DNA from: Auanema rhodensis
Lineage: Eukaryota; Animalia; Nematoda
DNA length: 64,000 nucleotides
Reading direction: 5' to 3'
Assembly: GCA_964057225.1 (NCBI GenBank)
Contig: OZ059897.1
Coordinates: 4,216,001 to 4,280,000, forward strand
Part shown: positions 38,601-54,000 of the stretch, one piece after another
Position numbering within the stretch: position 1 is the stretch's first letter
Layout of the letters: every line of letters begins with the position of its first letter
Notes under the pieces: generated by a model
The model's database searches: none
Told to the model about the DNA's origin: nothing
What the model saw: the letters and a program-made list of their open reading frames with translations, nothing else
Translations under genes and position numbers: made by a program

Positions 38601-41600
38601 ATTTTTCGGGAAAATTTTTGTCAAAATGTTTTTGGAAGCAATGTTGAGTGTACATGGGAACTCAACATACACTAATGCATTATTTTTCAAACGATCATAA
38701 CTAATTTTTGTATGGAGCGTTTCTCAATGTAGTATAGTGCATTCGATGCGGATTTTTAAGCTGCGTTGATCTGTGTTATCAGATTTGCGCTAGCTTAAAA
38801 ATGCACCGAGTAATCAACTGATATAGGTTCACACTTATATCCTCGATTTTCACCCTGAAGAATTAATTTTTTCGTTGAATAACATTGTCCATCATCTTTG
38901 CCTTGAAAAAAGAAATCTAAAAACTCCTACTTTTTTATGAAATTATTTAGAAATTTTTCGGGAAAATTTTTGTCACAATGTTTTTGGAAGCAATGTTGAG
39001 TGTACATGGGAACTCAGCATACACTAATGCATTATTTTTCAAACGATCATAACTAATTTTTGTATGGAGCGTTTCTCAATGTAGTATAGTGCATTCGATG
39101 CGGATTTTTAAGCTGCGTTGATCTGTGTTATCAGATTTGCGCTAGCTTAAAAATGCACCGAGTAATCAACTGATATAGGTTCACACTTATATCCTCGATT
39201 TTCACCCTGAAGAATTAATTTTTTCGTTGAATAACATTGTCCATCGTCTTTGCCTTGAAAAAAGAAATCTAAAAACTCCTACTTTTCGTGAAATTATTTA
39301 GAAATTTTTCGGGAAAATTTTTGTCACAATGTTTTTGGAAGCAATGTTGAGTGTACATGGGAACTCAACATACACTAATGCATTATTTTTCAAACGATCA
39401 TAACTAATTTTTGTATGGAGCGTTTCTCAATGTAGTATAGTGCATTCGATGCGGATTTTTAAGCTGCGTCGATCTGTGTTATCAGATTTGAGTTAGCTTA
39501 AAAATGCACCGAGATATCAACTGATATATGTTCACACTTATATCCTCGATTTTCACCCTGAAGAAATGATTTTTTCGTTGAAAAACATTGTCCATCGTAT
39601 TCGTCTTGAAAAAAAGAATCTAAAAACATCTACTTTTTGTGAAATTATTCAGAAATTTTTCGGGAAAATTTTTGTCAAAATGTTTTTGGAAGCAATGTTG
39701 AGTGTACATGGGAACTCAACATACACTAATGCATTATTTTTCAAACGATCATAACTAATTTTTGTATGGAGCGTTTCTCAATGTAGTATAGTGCATTCGA
39801 TGCGGATTTTTAAGCTGCGTTGATCTGTGTTATCAGATTTGCGCTAGCTTAAAAATGCACCGAGTAATCAACTGATATAGGTTCACACTTATATCCTCGA
39901 TTTTCACCCTGAAGAATTAATTTTTTCGTTGAATAACATTGTCCATCATCTTTGCCTTGAAAAAAGAAATCTAAAAACTCCTACTTTTTGTGAAATTATT
40001 TAGAAATTTTTCGGGAAAATTTTTGTCACAATGTTTTTGGAAGCAATGTTGAGTGTACATGGGAACTCAGCATACACTAATGCATTATTTTTCAAACGAT
40101 CATAACTAATTTTTGTATGGAGCGTTTCTCAATGTAGTATAGTGCATTCGATGCGGATTTTTAAGCTGCGTTGATCTGTGTTATCAGATTTGCGCTAGCT
40201 TAAAAATGCACCGAGTAATCAACTGATATAGGTTCACACTTATATCCTCGATTTTCACCCTGAAGAATTAATTTTTTCGTTGAATAACATTGTCCATCGT
40301 CTTTGCCTTGAAAAAAGAAATCTAAAAACTCCTACTTTTCGTGAAATTATTTAGAAATTTTTCGGGAAAATTTTTGTCACAATGTTTTTGGAAGCAATGT
40401 TGAGTGTACATGGGAACTCAGCATACACTAATGCATTATTTTTCAAACGATCATAACTAATTTTTGTATAGAGCGTTTCTCAATGTAGTATAGTGCATTC
40501 GATGCGGATTTTTAAGCTGCGTCGATCTGTGTTATCAGATTTGAGTTAGCTTGAAAATGCACCGAGATATCAACTGATATATGTTCACACTTATATCCTC
40601 GATTTTCACCCTGAAGAAATGATTTTTTCGTTGAAAAACATTGTCCATCGTATTCGTCTTGAAAAAAGGAATCTAAAAACATCTACTTTTTGTGAAATTA
40701 TTTAGAAATTTTTCGGGAAAATTTTTGTCACAATGTTTTTGGAAGCAATGTTGAGTGTACATGGGAACTCAGCATACACTAATGCATTATTTTTCAAACG
40801 ATCATAACTAATTTTTGTATAGAGCGTTTCTCAATGTAGTATAGTGCATTCGATGCGGATTTTTAAGCTGCGTCGATCTGTGTTATCAGATTTGAGTTAG
40901 CTTAAAAATGCACCGAGATATCAACTGATATATGTTCACACTTATATCCTCGATTTTCACCCTGAAGAAATGATTTTTTCGTTGAAAAACATTGTCCATC
41001 GTATTCGTCTTGAAAAAAAGAATCTAAAAACATCTACTTTTTGTGAAATTATTCAGAAAATTTTCGGGAAAATTTTTGTCAAAATGTTTTTGGAAGCAAT
41101 GTTGAGTGTACATGGGAACTCAACATACACTAATGCATTATTTTTCAAACGATCATAACTAATTTTTGTATGGAGCGTTTCTCAATGTAGTATAGTGCAT
41201 TCGATGCGGATTTTTAAGCTGCGTTGATCTGTGTTATCAGATTTGCGCTAGCTTAAAAATGCACCGAGTAATCAACTGATATAGGTTCACACTTATATCC
41301 TCGATTTTCACCCTGAAGAATTAATTTTTTCGTTGAATAACATTGTCCATCGTCTTTGCCTTGAAAAAAGAAATCTAAAAACTCCTACTTTTCGTGAAAT
41401 TATTTAGAAATTTTTCGGGAAAATTTTTGTCACAATGTTTTTGGAAGCAATGTTGAGTGTACATGGGAACTCAACATACACTAATGCATTATTTTTCAAA
41501 CGATCATAACTAATTTTTGTATGGAGCGTTTCTCAATGTAGTATAGTGCATTCGATGCGGATTTTTAAGCTGCGTCGATCTGTGTTATCAGATTTGAGTT

Positions 41601-42600
41601 AGCTTAAAAATGCACCGAGATATCAACTGATATATGTTCACACTTATATCCTCGATTTTCACCCTGAAGAAATGATTTTTTCGTTGAAAAACATTGTCCA
41701 TCGTATTCGTCTTGAAAAAAAGAATCTAAAAACATCTACTTTTTGTGAAATTATTCAGAAATTTTTCGGGAAAATTTTTGTCAAAATGTTTTTGGAAGCA
41801 ATGTTGAGTGTACATGGGAACTCAGCATACACTAATGCATTATTTTTCAAACGATCATAACTAATTTTTGTATAGAGCGTTTCTCAATGTAGTATAGTGC
41901 ATTCGATGCGGATTTTTAAGCTGCGTCGATCTGTGTTATCAGATTTGAGTTAGCTTAAAAATGCACCGAGATATCAACTGATATATGTTCACACTTATAT
42001 CCTCGATTTTCACCCTGAAGAAATGATTTTTTCGTTGAAAAACATTGTCCATCGTATTCGTCTTGAAAAAAAGAATCTAAAAACATCTACTTTTTGTGAA
42101 ATTATTCAGAAATTTTTCGGGAAAATTTTTGTCAAAATGTTTTTGGAAGCAATGTTGAGTGTACATGGGAACTCAACATACACTAATGCATTATTTTTCA
42201 AACGATCATAACTAATTTTTGTATGGAGCGTTTCTCAATGTAGTATAGTGCATTCGATGCGGATTTTTAAGCTGCGTTGATCTGTGTTATCAGATTTGCG
42301 CTAGCTTAAAAATGCACCGAGTAATCAACTGATATAGGTTCACACTTATATCCTCGATTTTCACCCTGAAGAATTAATTTTTTCGTTGAATAACATTGTC
42401 CATCATCTTTGCCTTGAAAAAAGAAATCTAAAAACTCCTACTTTTTGTGAAATTATTTAGAAATTTTTCGGGAAAATTTTTGTCACAATGTTTTTGGAAG
42501 CAATGTTGAGTGTACATGGGAACTCAGCATACACTAATGCATTATTTTTCAAACGATCATAACTAATTTTTGTATGGAGCGTTTCTCAATGTAGTATAGT
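35700..42600. repeat. Irregular 3-4-mer HOR domain (B followed by mostly A monomers)
   Basis: ORF-open B monomers at 36055, 37459, 38512, 39566, 40970, 41672, 42023. AACTAAATTTT at ~35896/37300. The CTTTTCGTGA marker first appears at ~38233. Confidence 0.7.
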
Positions 42601-42999
42601 GCATTCGATGCGGATTTTTAAGCTGCGTTGATCTGTGTTATCAGATTTGCGCTAGCTTAAAAATGCACCGAGTAATCAACTGATATAGGTTCACACTTAT
42701 ATCCTCGATTTTCACCCTGAAGAATTAATTTTTTCGTTGAATAACATTGTCCATCGTCTTTGCCTTGAAAAAAGAAATCTAAAAACTCCTACTTTTCGTG
42801 AAATTATTTAGAAATTTTTCGGGAAAATTTCTGTCACAATGTTTTTGGAAGCAATGTTGAGTGTACATGGGAACTCAGCATACACTAATGCATTATTTTT
42901 CAAACGATCATAACTAATTTTTGTTTAGAGCGTTTCTCAATGTAGTATAGTGCATTCGATGCGGATTTTTAAGCTGCGTCGATCTGTGTTATCAGATTT

Positions 43000-45900
43000 G
43001 AGTTAGCTTAAAAATGCACCGAGATATCAACTGATATATGTTCACACTTATATCCTCGATTTTCACCCTGAAGAATTAATTTTTTCGTTGAATAACATTG
43101 TCCATCGTCTTTGCCTTGAAAAAAGAAATCTAAAAACTCCTACTTTTCGTGAAATTATTTAGAAATTTTTCGGGAAAATTTTTGTCACAATGTTTTTGGA
43201 AGCAATGTTGAGTGTACATGGGAACTCAGCATACACTAATGCATTATTTTTCAAACGATCATAACTAATTTTTGTATGGAGCGTTTCTCAATGTAGTATA
43301 GTGCATTCGATGCGGATTTTTAAGCTGCGTTGATCTGTGTTATCAGATTTGCGCTAGCTTGAAAATGCACCGAGATATCAACTGATATATGTTCACACTT
43401 ATATCCTCGATTTTCACCCTGAAGAAATGATTTTTTCGTTGAAAAACATTGTCCATCGTATTCGTCTTGAAAAAAGGAATCTAAAAACATCTACTTTTTG
43501 TGAAATTATTTAGAAATTTTTCGGGAAAATTTTTGTCACAATGTTTTTGGAAGCAATGTTGAGTGTACATGGGAACTCAGCATACACTAATGCATTATTT
43601 TTCAAACGATCATAACTAATTTTTGTATGGAGCGTTTCTCAATGTAGTATAGTGCATTCGATGCGGATTTTTAAGCTGCGTTGATCTGTGTTATCAGATT
43701 TGCGCTAGCTTGAAAATGCACCGAGATATCAACTGATATATGTTCACACTTATATCCTCGATTTTCACCCTGAAGAAATGATTTTTTCGTTGAAAAACAT
43801 TGTCCATCGTATTCGTCTTGAAAAAAGGAATCTAAAAACATCTACTTTTTGTGAAATTATTTAGAAATTTTTCGGGAAAATTTTTGTCACAATGTTTTTG
43901 GAAGCAATGTTGAGTGTACATGGGAACTCAGCATACACTAATGCATTATTTTTCAAACGATCATAACTAATTTTTGTATGGAGCGTTTCTCAATGTAGTA
44001 TAGTGCATTCGATGCGGATTTTTAAGCTGCGTTGATCTGTGTTATCAGATTTGCGCTAGCTTAAAAATGCACCGAGTAATCAACTGATATAGGTTCACAC
44101 TTATATCCTCGATTTTCACCCTGAAGAATTAATTTTTTCGTTGAATAACGTTGTCCATCGTCTTTGCCTTGAAAAAAAAAATCTAAAAACTCCTACTTTT
44201 TGTGAAATTATTTAGAAATTTTTCGGGAAAATTTTTGTCACAATGTTTTTGGAAGCAATGTTGAGTGTACATGGGAACTCAGCATACACTAATGCATTAT
44301 TTTTCAAACGATCATAACTAATTTTTGTATGGAGCGTTTCTCAATGTAGTATAGTGCATTCGATGCGGATTTTTAAGCTGCGTTGATCTGTGTTATCAGA
44401 TTTGCGCTAGCTTGAAAATGCACCGAGATATCAACTGATATATGTTCACACTTATATCCTCGATTTTCACCCTGAAGAAATGATTTTTTCGTTGAAAAAC
44501 ATTGTCCATCGTATTCGTCTTGAAAAAAGGAATCTAAAAACATCTACTTTTTGTGAAATTATTTAGAAATTTTTCGGGAAAATTTTTGTCACAATGTTTT
44601 TGGAAGCAATGTTGAGTGTACATGGGAACTCAGCATACACTAATGCATTATTTTTCAAACGATCATAACTAATTTTTGTATGGAGCGTTTCTCAATGTAG
44701 TATAGTGCATTCGATGCGGATTTTTAAGCTGCGTTGATCTGTGTTATCAGATTTGCGCTAGCTTGAAAATGCACCGAGATATCAACTGATATATGTTCAC
44801 ACTTATATCCTCGATTTTCACCCTGAAGAAATGATTTTTTCGTTGAAAAACATTGTCCATCGTATTCGTCTTGAAAAAAGGAATCTAAAAACATCTACTT
44901 TTTGTGAAATTATTTAGAAATTTTTCGGGAAAATTTTTGTCACAATGTTTTTGGAAGCAATGTTGAGTGTACATGGGAACTCAGCATACACTAATGCATT
45001 ATTTTTCAAACGATCATAACTAATTTTTGTATGGAGCGTTTCTCAATGTAGTATAGTGCATTCGATGCGGATTTTTAAGCTGCGTTGATCTGTGTTATCA
45101 GATTTGCGCTAGCTTAAAAATGCACCGAGTAATCAACTGATATAGGTTCACACTTATATCCTCGATTTTCACCCTGAAGAATTAATTTTTTCGTTGAATA
45201 ACGTTGTCCATCGTCTTTGCCTTGAAAAAAAAAATCTAAAAACTCCTACTTTTTGTGAAATTATTTAGAAATTTTTCGGGAAAATTTTTGTCACAATGTT
45301 TTTGGAAGCAATGTTGAGTGTACATGGGAACTCAGCATACACTAATGCATTATTTTTCAAACGATCATAACTAATTTTTGTATAGAGCGTTTCTCAATGT
45401 AGTATAGTGCATTCGATGCGGATTTTTAAGCTGCGTCGATCTGTGTTATCAGATTTGAGTTAGCTTGAAAATGCACCGAGATATCAACTGATATATGTTC
45501 ACACTTATATCCTCGATTTTCACCCTGAAGAAATGATTTTTTCGTTGAAAAACATTGTCCATCGTATTCGTCTTGAAAAAAGGAATCTAAAAACATCTAC
45601 TTTTTGTGAAATTATTTAGAAATTTTTCGGGAAAATTTTTGTCACAATGTTTTTGGAAGCAATGTTGAGTGTACATGGGAACTCAGCATACACTAATGCA
45701 TTATTTTTCAAACGATCATAACTAATTTTTGTATAGAGCGTTTCTCAATGTAGTATAGTGCATTCGATGCGGATTTTTAAGCTGCGTCGATCTGTGTTAT
45801 CAGATTTGAGTTAGCTTAAAAATGCACCGAGATATCAACTGATATATGTTCACACTTATATCCTCGATTTTCACCCTGAAGAATTAATTTTTTCGTTGAA

Positions 45901-46900
45901 TAACATTGTCCATCGTCTTTGCCTTGAAAAAAGAAATCTAAAAACTCCTACTTTTCGTGAAATTATTTAGAAATTTTTCGGGAAAATTTTTGTCACAATG
46001 TTTTTGGAAGCAATGTTGAGTGTACATGGGAACTCAGCATACACTAATGCATTATTTTTCAAACGATCATAACTAATTTTTGTATGGAGCGTTTCTCAAT
46101 GTAGTATAGTGCATTCGATGCGGATTTTTAAGCTGCGTTGATCTGTGTTATCAGATTTGCGCTAGCTTGAAAATGCACCGAGATATCAACTGATATATGT
46201 TCACACTTATATCCTCGATTTTCACCCTGAAGAAATGATTTTTTCGTTGAAAAACATTGTCCATCGTATTCGTCTTGAAAAAAGGAATCTAAAAACATCT
46301 ACTTTTTGTGAAATTATTTAGAAATTTTTCGGGAAAATTTTTGTCACAATGTTTTTGGAAGCAATGTTGAGTGTACATGGGAACTCAGCATACACTAATG
46401 CATTATTTTTCAAACGATCATAACTAATTTTTGTATGGAGCGTTTCTCAATGTAGTATAGTGCATTCGATGCGGATTTTTAAGCTGCGTTGATCTGTGTT
46501 ATCAGATTTGCGCTAGCTTGAAAATGCACCGAGATATCAACTGATATATGTTCACACTTATATCCTCGATTTTCACCCTGAAGAAATGATTTTTTCGTTG
46601 AAAAACATTGTCCATCGTATTCGTCTTGAAAAAAGGAATCTAAAAACATCTACTTTTTGTGAAATTATTTAGAAATTTTTCGGGAAAATTTTTGTCACAA
46701 TGTTTTTGGAAGCAATGTTGAGTGTACATGGGAACTCAGCATACACTAATGCATTATTTTTCAAACGATCATAACTAATTTTTGTATAGAGCGTTTCTCA
46801 ATGTAGTATAGTGCATTCGATGCGGATTTTTAAGCTGCGTCGATCTGTGTTATCAGATTTGAGTTAGCTTAAAAATGCACCGAGATATCAACTGATATAT
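43000..46900. repeat. Chimeric-monomer domain with 3-mer and 8-mer offsets
   Basis: The hybrid GCGCTAGCTTGAAAATGCACCGAGATATC occurs at ~43351, 43702, 44404, 44755, 46160, 46511 (offsets 351, 1053, 2808). Confidence 0.75.
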
Positions 46901-48099
46901 GTTCACACTTATATCCTCGATTTTCACCCTGAAGAAATGATTTTTTCGTTGAAAAACATTGTCCATCGTATTCGTCTTGAAAAAAAGAATCTAAAAACAT
47001 CTACTTTTTGTGAAATTATTCAGAAATTTTTCGGGAAAATTTTTGTCAAAATGTTTTTGGAAGCAATGTTGAGTGTACATGGGAACTCAACATACACTAA
47101 TGCATTATTTTTCAAACGATCATAACTAATTTTTGTATGGAGCGTTTCTCAATGTAGTATAGTGCATTCGATGCGGATTTTTAAGCTGCGTTGATCTGTG
47201 TTATCAGATTTGCGCTAGCTTAAAAATGCACCGAGTAATCAACTGATATAGGTTCACACTTATATCCTCGATTTTCACCCTGAAGAATTAATTTTTTCGT
47301 TGAATAACATTGTCCATCATCTTTGCCTTGAAAAAAGAAATCTAAAAACTCCTACTTTTTGTGAAATTATTTAGAAATTTTTCGGGAAAATTTTTGTCAC
47401 AATGTTTTTGGAAGCAATGTTGAGTGTACATGGGAACTCAGCATACACTAATGCATTATTTTTCAAACGATCATAACTAATTTTTGTATGGAGCGTTTCT
47501 CAATGTAGTATAGTGCATTCGATGCGGATTTTTAAGCTGCGTTGATCTGTGTTATCAGATTTGCGCTAGCTTAAAAATGCACCGAGTAATCAACTGATAT
47601 ATGTTCACACTTATATCCTCGATTTTCACCCTGAAGAATTAATTTTTTCGTTGAATAACATTGTCCATCGTATTCGTCTTGAAAAAAGGAATCTAAAAAC
47701 ATCTACTTTTTGTGAAATTATTTAGAAATTTTTCGGGAAAATTTTTGTCACAATGTTTTTGGAAGCAATGTTGAGTGTACATGGGAACTCAGCATACACT
47801 AATGCATTATTTTTCAAACGATCATAACTAATTTTTGTATAGAGCGTTTCTCAATGTAGTATAGTGCATTTGATGCGGATTTTTAAGCTGCGTCGATCTG
47901 TGTTATCAGATTTGAGTTAGCTTAAAAATGCACCGAGATATCAACTGATATATGTTCACACTTATATCCTCGATTTTCACCCTGAAGAAATGATTTTTTC
48001 GTTGAAAAACATTGTCCATCGTATTCGTCTTGAAAAAAAGAATCTAAAAACATCTACTTTTTGTGAAATTATTTAGAAATTTTTCGGGAAAATTTTTGT

Positions 48100-51000
48100 C
48101 ACAATGTTTTTGGAAGCAATGTTGAGTGTACATGGGAACTCAGCATACACTAATGCATTATTTTTCAAACGATCATAACTAATTTTTAAATAGAGCGTTT
48201 CTCAATGTAGTATAGTGCATTCGATGCGGATTTTTGAGCTGCGTTGATCTGTGTTATCAGATTTGAGTTAGCTTAAAAATGCACCGAGATATCAACTGAT
48301 ATATGTTCACACTTATATCCTCGATTTTCACCCTGAAGAAATGATTTTTTCGTTGAAAAACATTGTCCATCGTATTCGTCTTGAAAAAAAGAATCTAAAA
48401 ACATCTACTTTTTGTGAAATTATTCAGAAATTTTTCGGGAAAATTTTTGTCAAAATGTTTTTGGAAGCAATGTTGAGTGTACATGGGAACTCAACATACA
48501 CTAATGCATTATTTTTCAAACGATCATAACTAATTTTTGTATGGAGCGTTTCTCAATGTAGTATAGTGCATTCGATGCGGATTTTTAAGCTGCGTTGATC
48601 TGTGTTATCAGATTTGCGCTAGCTTAAAAATGCACCGAGTAATCAACTGATATAGGTTCACACTTATATCCTCGATTTTCACCCTGAAGAATTAATTTTT
48701 TCGTTGAATAACATTGTCCATCGTCTTTGCCTTGAAAAAAGAAATCTAAAAACTCCTACTTTTCGTGAAATTATTTAGAAATTTTTCGGGAAAATTTTTG
48801 TCACAATGTTTTTGGAAGCAATGTTGAGTGTACATGGGAACTCAGCATACACTAATGCATTATTTTTCAAACGATCATAACTAATTTTTGTATAGAGCGT
48901 TTCTCAATGTAGTATAGTGCATTCGATGCGGATTTTTAAGCTGCGTCGATCTGTGTTATCAGATTTGAGTTAGCTTGAAAATGCACCGAGATATCAACTG
49001 ATATATGTTCACACTTATATCCTCGATTTTCACCCTGAAGAAATGATTTTTTCGTTGAAAAACATTGTCCATCGTATTCGTCTTGAAAAAAGGAATCTAA
49101 AAACATCTACTTTTTGTGAAATTATTTAGAAATTTTTCGGGAAAATTTTTGTCACAATGTTTTTGGAAGCAATGTTGAGTGTACATGGGAACTCAGCATA
49201 CACTAATGCATTATTTTTCAAACGATCATAACTAATTTTTGTATAGAGCGTTTCTCAATGTAGTATAGTGCATTCGATGCGGATTTTTAAGCTGCGTCGA
49301 TCTGTGTTATCAGATTTGAGTTAGCTTAAAAATGCACCGAGATATCAACTGATATATGTTCACACTTATATCCTCGATTTTCACCCTGAAGAAATGATTT
49401 TTTCGTTGAAAAACATTGTCCATCGTATTCGTCTTGAAAAAAAGAATCTAAAAACATCTACTTTTTGTGAAATTATTCAGAAATTTTTCGGGAAAATTTT
49501 TGTCAAAATGTTTTTGGAAGCAATGTTGAGTGTACATGGGAACTCAACATACACTAATGCATTATTTTTCAAACGATCATAACTAATTTTTGTATGGAGC
49601 GTTTCTCAATGTAGTATAGTGCATTCGATGCGGATTTTTGAGCTGCGTTGATCTGTGTTATCAGATATGCGCTAGCTTAAAAATGCACCGAGTAATCAAC
49701 TGATATAGGTTCACACTTATATCCTCGATTTTCACCCTGAAGAATTAATTTTTTCGTTGAATAACATTGTCCATCGTCTTTGCCTTGAGAAAAGAAATTT
49801 AAAAACTCCTACTTTTTGTGAAATTATTTAGAAATTTTTCGGGAAAATTTTTGTCACAATGTTTTTGGAAGCAATGTTGAGTGTACATGGGAACTCAGCA
49901 TACACTAATGCATTATTTTTCAAACGATCATAACTAATTTTTAAATAGAGCGTTTCTTAATGTAGTATAGTGCATTCGATGCGGATTTTTGAGCTGCGTT
50001 GATCTGTGTTATCAGATTTGCGCTAGCTTAAAAATGCACCGAGTAATCAACTGATATATGTTCACACTTATATCCTCGATTTTCACCCTGAAGAAATGAT
50101 TTTTTCGTTGAAAAACATTGTCCATCGTATTCGTCTTGAAAAAAAGAATCTAAAAACATCTACTTTTTGTGAAATTATTTAGAACTTTTTCGGGAAAATT
50201 TTTGTCACAATGTTTTTGGAAGCAATGTTGAGTGTACATGGGAACTCAGCATACACTAATGCATTATTTTTCAAACGATCATAACTAATTTTTAAATAGA
50301 GCGTTTCTCAATGTAGTATAGTGCATTCGATGCGGATTTTTGAGCTGCGTTGATCTGTGTTATCAGATTTGAGTTAGCTTAAAAATGCACCGAGATATCA
50401 ACTGATATATGTTCACACTTATATCCTCGATTTTCACCCTGAAGAAATGATTTTTTCGTTGAAAAACATTGTCCATCGTATTCGTCTTGAAAAAAAGAAT
50501 CTAAAAACATCTACTTTTTGTGAAATTATTCAGAAATTTTTCGGGAAAATTTTTGTCAAAATGTTTTTGGAAGCAATGTTGAGTGTACATGGGAACTCAG
50601 CATACACTAATGCATTATTTTTCAAACGATCATAACTAATTTTTGTATAGAGCGTTTCTCAATGTAGTATAGTGCATTCGATGCGGATTTTTAAGCTGCG
50701 TTGATCTGTGTTATCAGATTTGCGCTAGCTTAAAAATGCACCGAGTAATCAACTGATATAGGTTCACACTTATATCCTCGATTTTCACCCTGAAGAATTA
50801 ATTTTTTCGTTGAATAACATTGTCCATCGTCTTTGCCTTGAAAAAAGAAATCTAAAAACTCCTACTTTTCGTGAAATTATTTAGAAATTTTTCGGGAAAA
50901 TTTTTGTCACAATGTTTTTGGAAGCAATGTTGAGTGTACATGGGAACTCAGCATACACTAATGCATTATTTTTCAAACGATCATAACTAATTTTTGTATA

Positions 51001-54000
51001 GAGCGTTTCTCAATGTAGTATAGTGCATTCGATGCGGATTTTTATGCTGCGTCGATCTGTGTTATCAGATTTGAGTTAGCTTAAAAATGCACCGAGATAT
51101 CAACTGATATATGTTCACACTTATATCCTCGATTTTCACCCTGAAGAAATGATTTTTTCGTTGAAAAACATTGTCCATCGTATTCGTCTTGAAAAAAGGA
51201 ATCTAAAAACATCTACTTTTTGTGAAATTATTTAGAAATTTTTCGGCAAAATTTTTGTCAAAATGTTTTTGGAAGCAATGTTGAGTGTACATGGGAACTC
51301 AGCATACACTAATGCATTATTTTTCAAACGATCATAACTAATTTTTGTATAGAGCGTTTCTCAATGTAGTATAGTGCATTCGATGCGGATTTTTGAGCTG
51401 CGTCGATCTGTGTTATCAGATTTGAGTTAGCTTGAAAATGCACCGAGATATCAACTGATATATGTTCACACTTATATCCTCGATTTTCACCCTGAAGAAA
51501 TGATTTTTTCGTTGAAAAACATTGTCCATCGTATTCGTCTTGAAAAAAGGAATCTAAAAACATCTACTTTTTGTGAAATTATTCAGAAATTTTTCGGGAA
51601 AATTTTTGTCAAAATGTTTTTGGAAGCAATGTTGAGTGTACATGGGAACTCAACATACACTAATGCATTATTTTTCAAACGATCATAACTAATTTTTGTA
51701 TGGAGCGTTTCTCAATGTAGTATAGTGCATTCGATGCGGATTTTTGAGCTGCGTTGATCTGTGTTATCAGATTTGCGCTAGCTTAAAAATGCACCGAGTA
51801 ATCAACTGATATAGGTTCACACTTATATCCTCGATTTTCACCCTGAAGAATTAATTTTTTCGTTGAATAACATTGTCCATCGTCTTTGCCTTGAGAAAAG
51901 AAATTTAAAAACTCCTACTTTTTGTGAAATTATTTAGAAATTTTTCGGGAAAATTTTTGTCACAATGTTTTTGGAAGCAATGTTGAGTGTACATGGGAAC
52001 TCAGCATACACTAATGCATTATTTTTCAAACGATCATAACTAATTTTTAAATAGAGCGTTTCTTAATGTAGTATAGTGCATTCGATGCGGATTTTTGAGC
52101 TGCGTTGATCTGTGTTATCAGATTTGCGCTAGCTTAAAAATGCACCGAGTAATCAACTGATATATGTTCACACTTATATCCTCGATTTTCACCCTGAAGA
52201 ATTAATTTTTTCGTTGAATAACATTGTCCATCGTCTTTGCCTTGAGAAAAGAAATTTAAAAACTCCTACTTTTTGTGAAATTATTTAGAAATTTTTCGGG
52301 AAAATTTTTGTCACAATGTTTTTGGAAGCAATGTTGAGTGTACATGGGAACTCAGCATACACTAATGCATTATTTTTCAAACGATCATAACTAATTTTTG
52401 TATAGAGCGTTTCTCAATGTAGTATAGTGCATTCGATGCGGATTTTTAAGCTGCGTCGATCTGTGTTATCAGATTTGAGTTAGCTTGAAAATGCACCGAG
52501 ATATCAACTGATATATGTTCACACTTATATCCTCGATTTTCACCCTGAAGAAATGATTTTTTCGTTGAAAAACATTGTCCATCGTATTCGTCTTGAAAAA
52601 AGGAATCTAAAAACATCTACTTTTTGTGAAATTATTTAGAAATTTTTCGGGAAAATTTTTGTCACAATGTTTTTGGAAGCAATGTTGAGTGTACATGGGA
52701 ACTCAGCATACACTAATGCATTATTTTTCAAACGATCATAACTAATTTTTGTATAGAGCGTTTCTCAATGTAGTATAGTGCATTCGATGCGGATTTTTAA
52801 GCTGCGTCGATCTGTGTTATCAGATTTGAGTTAGCTTAAAAATGCACCGAGATATCAACTGATATATGTTCACACTTATATCCTCGATTTTCACCCTGAA
52901 GAAATGATTTTTTCGTTGAAAAACATTGTCCATCGTATTCGTCTTGAAAAAAAGAATCTAAAAACATCTACTTTTTGTGAAATTATTCAGAAATTTTTCG
53001 GGAAAATTTTTGTCAAAATGTTTTTGGAAGCAATGTTGAGTGTACATGGGAACTCAACATACACTAATGCATTATTTTTCAAACGATCATAACTAATTTT
53101 TGTATGGAGCGTTTCTCAATGTAGTATAGTGCATTCGATGCGGATTTTTGAGCTGCGTTGATCTGTGTTATCAGATATGCGCTAGCTTAAAAATGCACCG
53201 AGTAATCAACTGATATAGGTTCACACTTATATCCTCGATTTTCACCCTGAAGAATTAATTTTTTCGTTGAATAACATTGTCCATCGTCTTTGCCTTGAGA
53301 AAAGAAATTTAAAAACTCCTACTTTTTGTGAAATTATTTAGAAATTTTTCGGGAAAATTTTTGTCACAATGTTTTTGGAAGCAATGTTGAGTGTACATGG
53401 GAACTCAGCATACACTAATGCATTATTTTTCAAACGATCATAACTAATTTTTAAATAGAGCGTTTCTTAATGTAGTATAGTGCATTCGATGCGGATTTTT
53501 GAGCTGCGTTGATCTGTGTTATCAGATTTGCGCTAGCTTAAAAATGCACCGAGTAATCAACTGATATATGTTCACACTTATATCCTCGATTTTCACCCTG
53601 AAGAAATGATTTTTTCGTTGAAAAACATTGTCCATCGTATTCGTCTTGAAAAAAAGAATCTAAAAACATCTACTTTTTGTGAAATTATTTAGAACTTTTT
53701 CGGGAAAATTTTTGTCACAATGTTTTTGGAAGCAATGTTGAGTGTACATGGGAACTCAGCATACACTAATGCATTATTTTTCAAACGATCATAACTAATT
53801 TTTAAATAGAGCGTTTCTCAATGTAGTATAGTGCATTCGATGCGGATTTTTGAGCTGCGTTGATCTGTGTTATCAGATTTGAGTTAGCTTAAAAATGCAC
53901 CGAGATATCAACTGATATATGTTCACACTTATATCCTCGATTTTCACCCTGAAGAAATGATTTTTTCGTTGAAAAACATTGTCCATCGTATTCGTCTTGA

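Noticed and set aside
14929-51563. Three minus-strand ORFs (14929-15156, 29007-29213, 51324-51563)
   Set aside because: Each appears in a single monomer through a chance indel or stop-altering variant combination.
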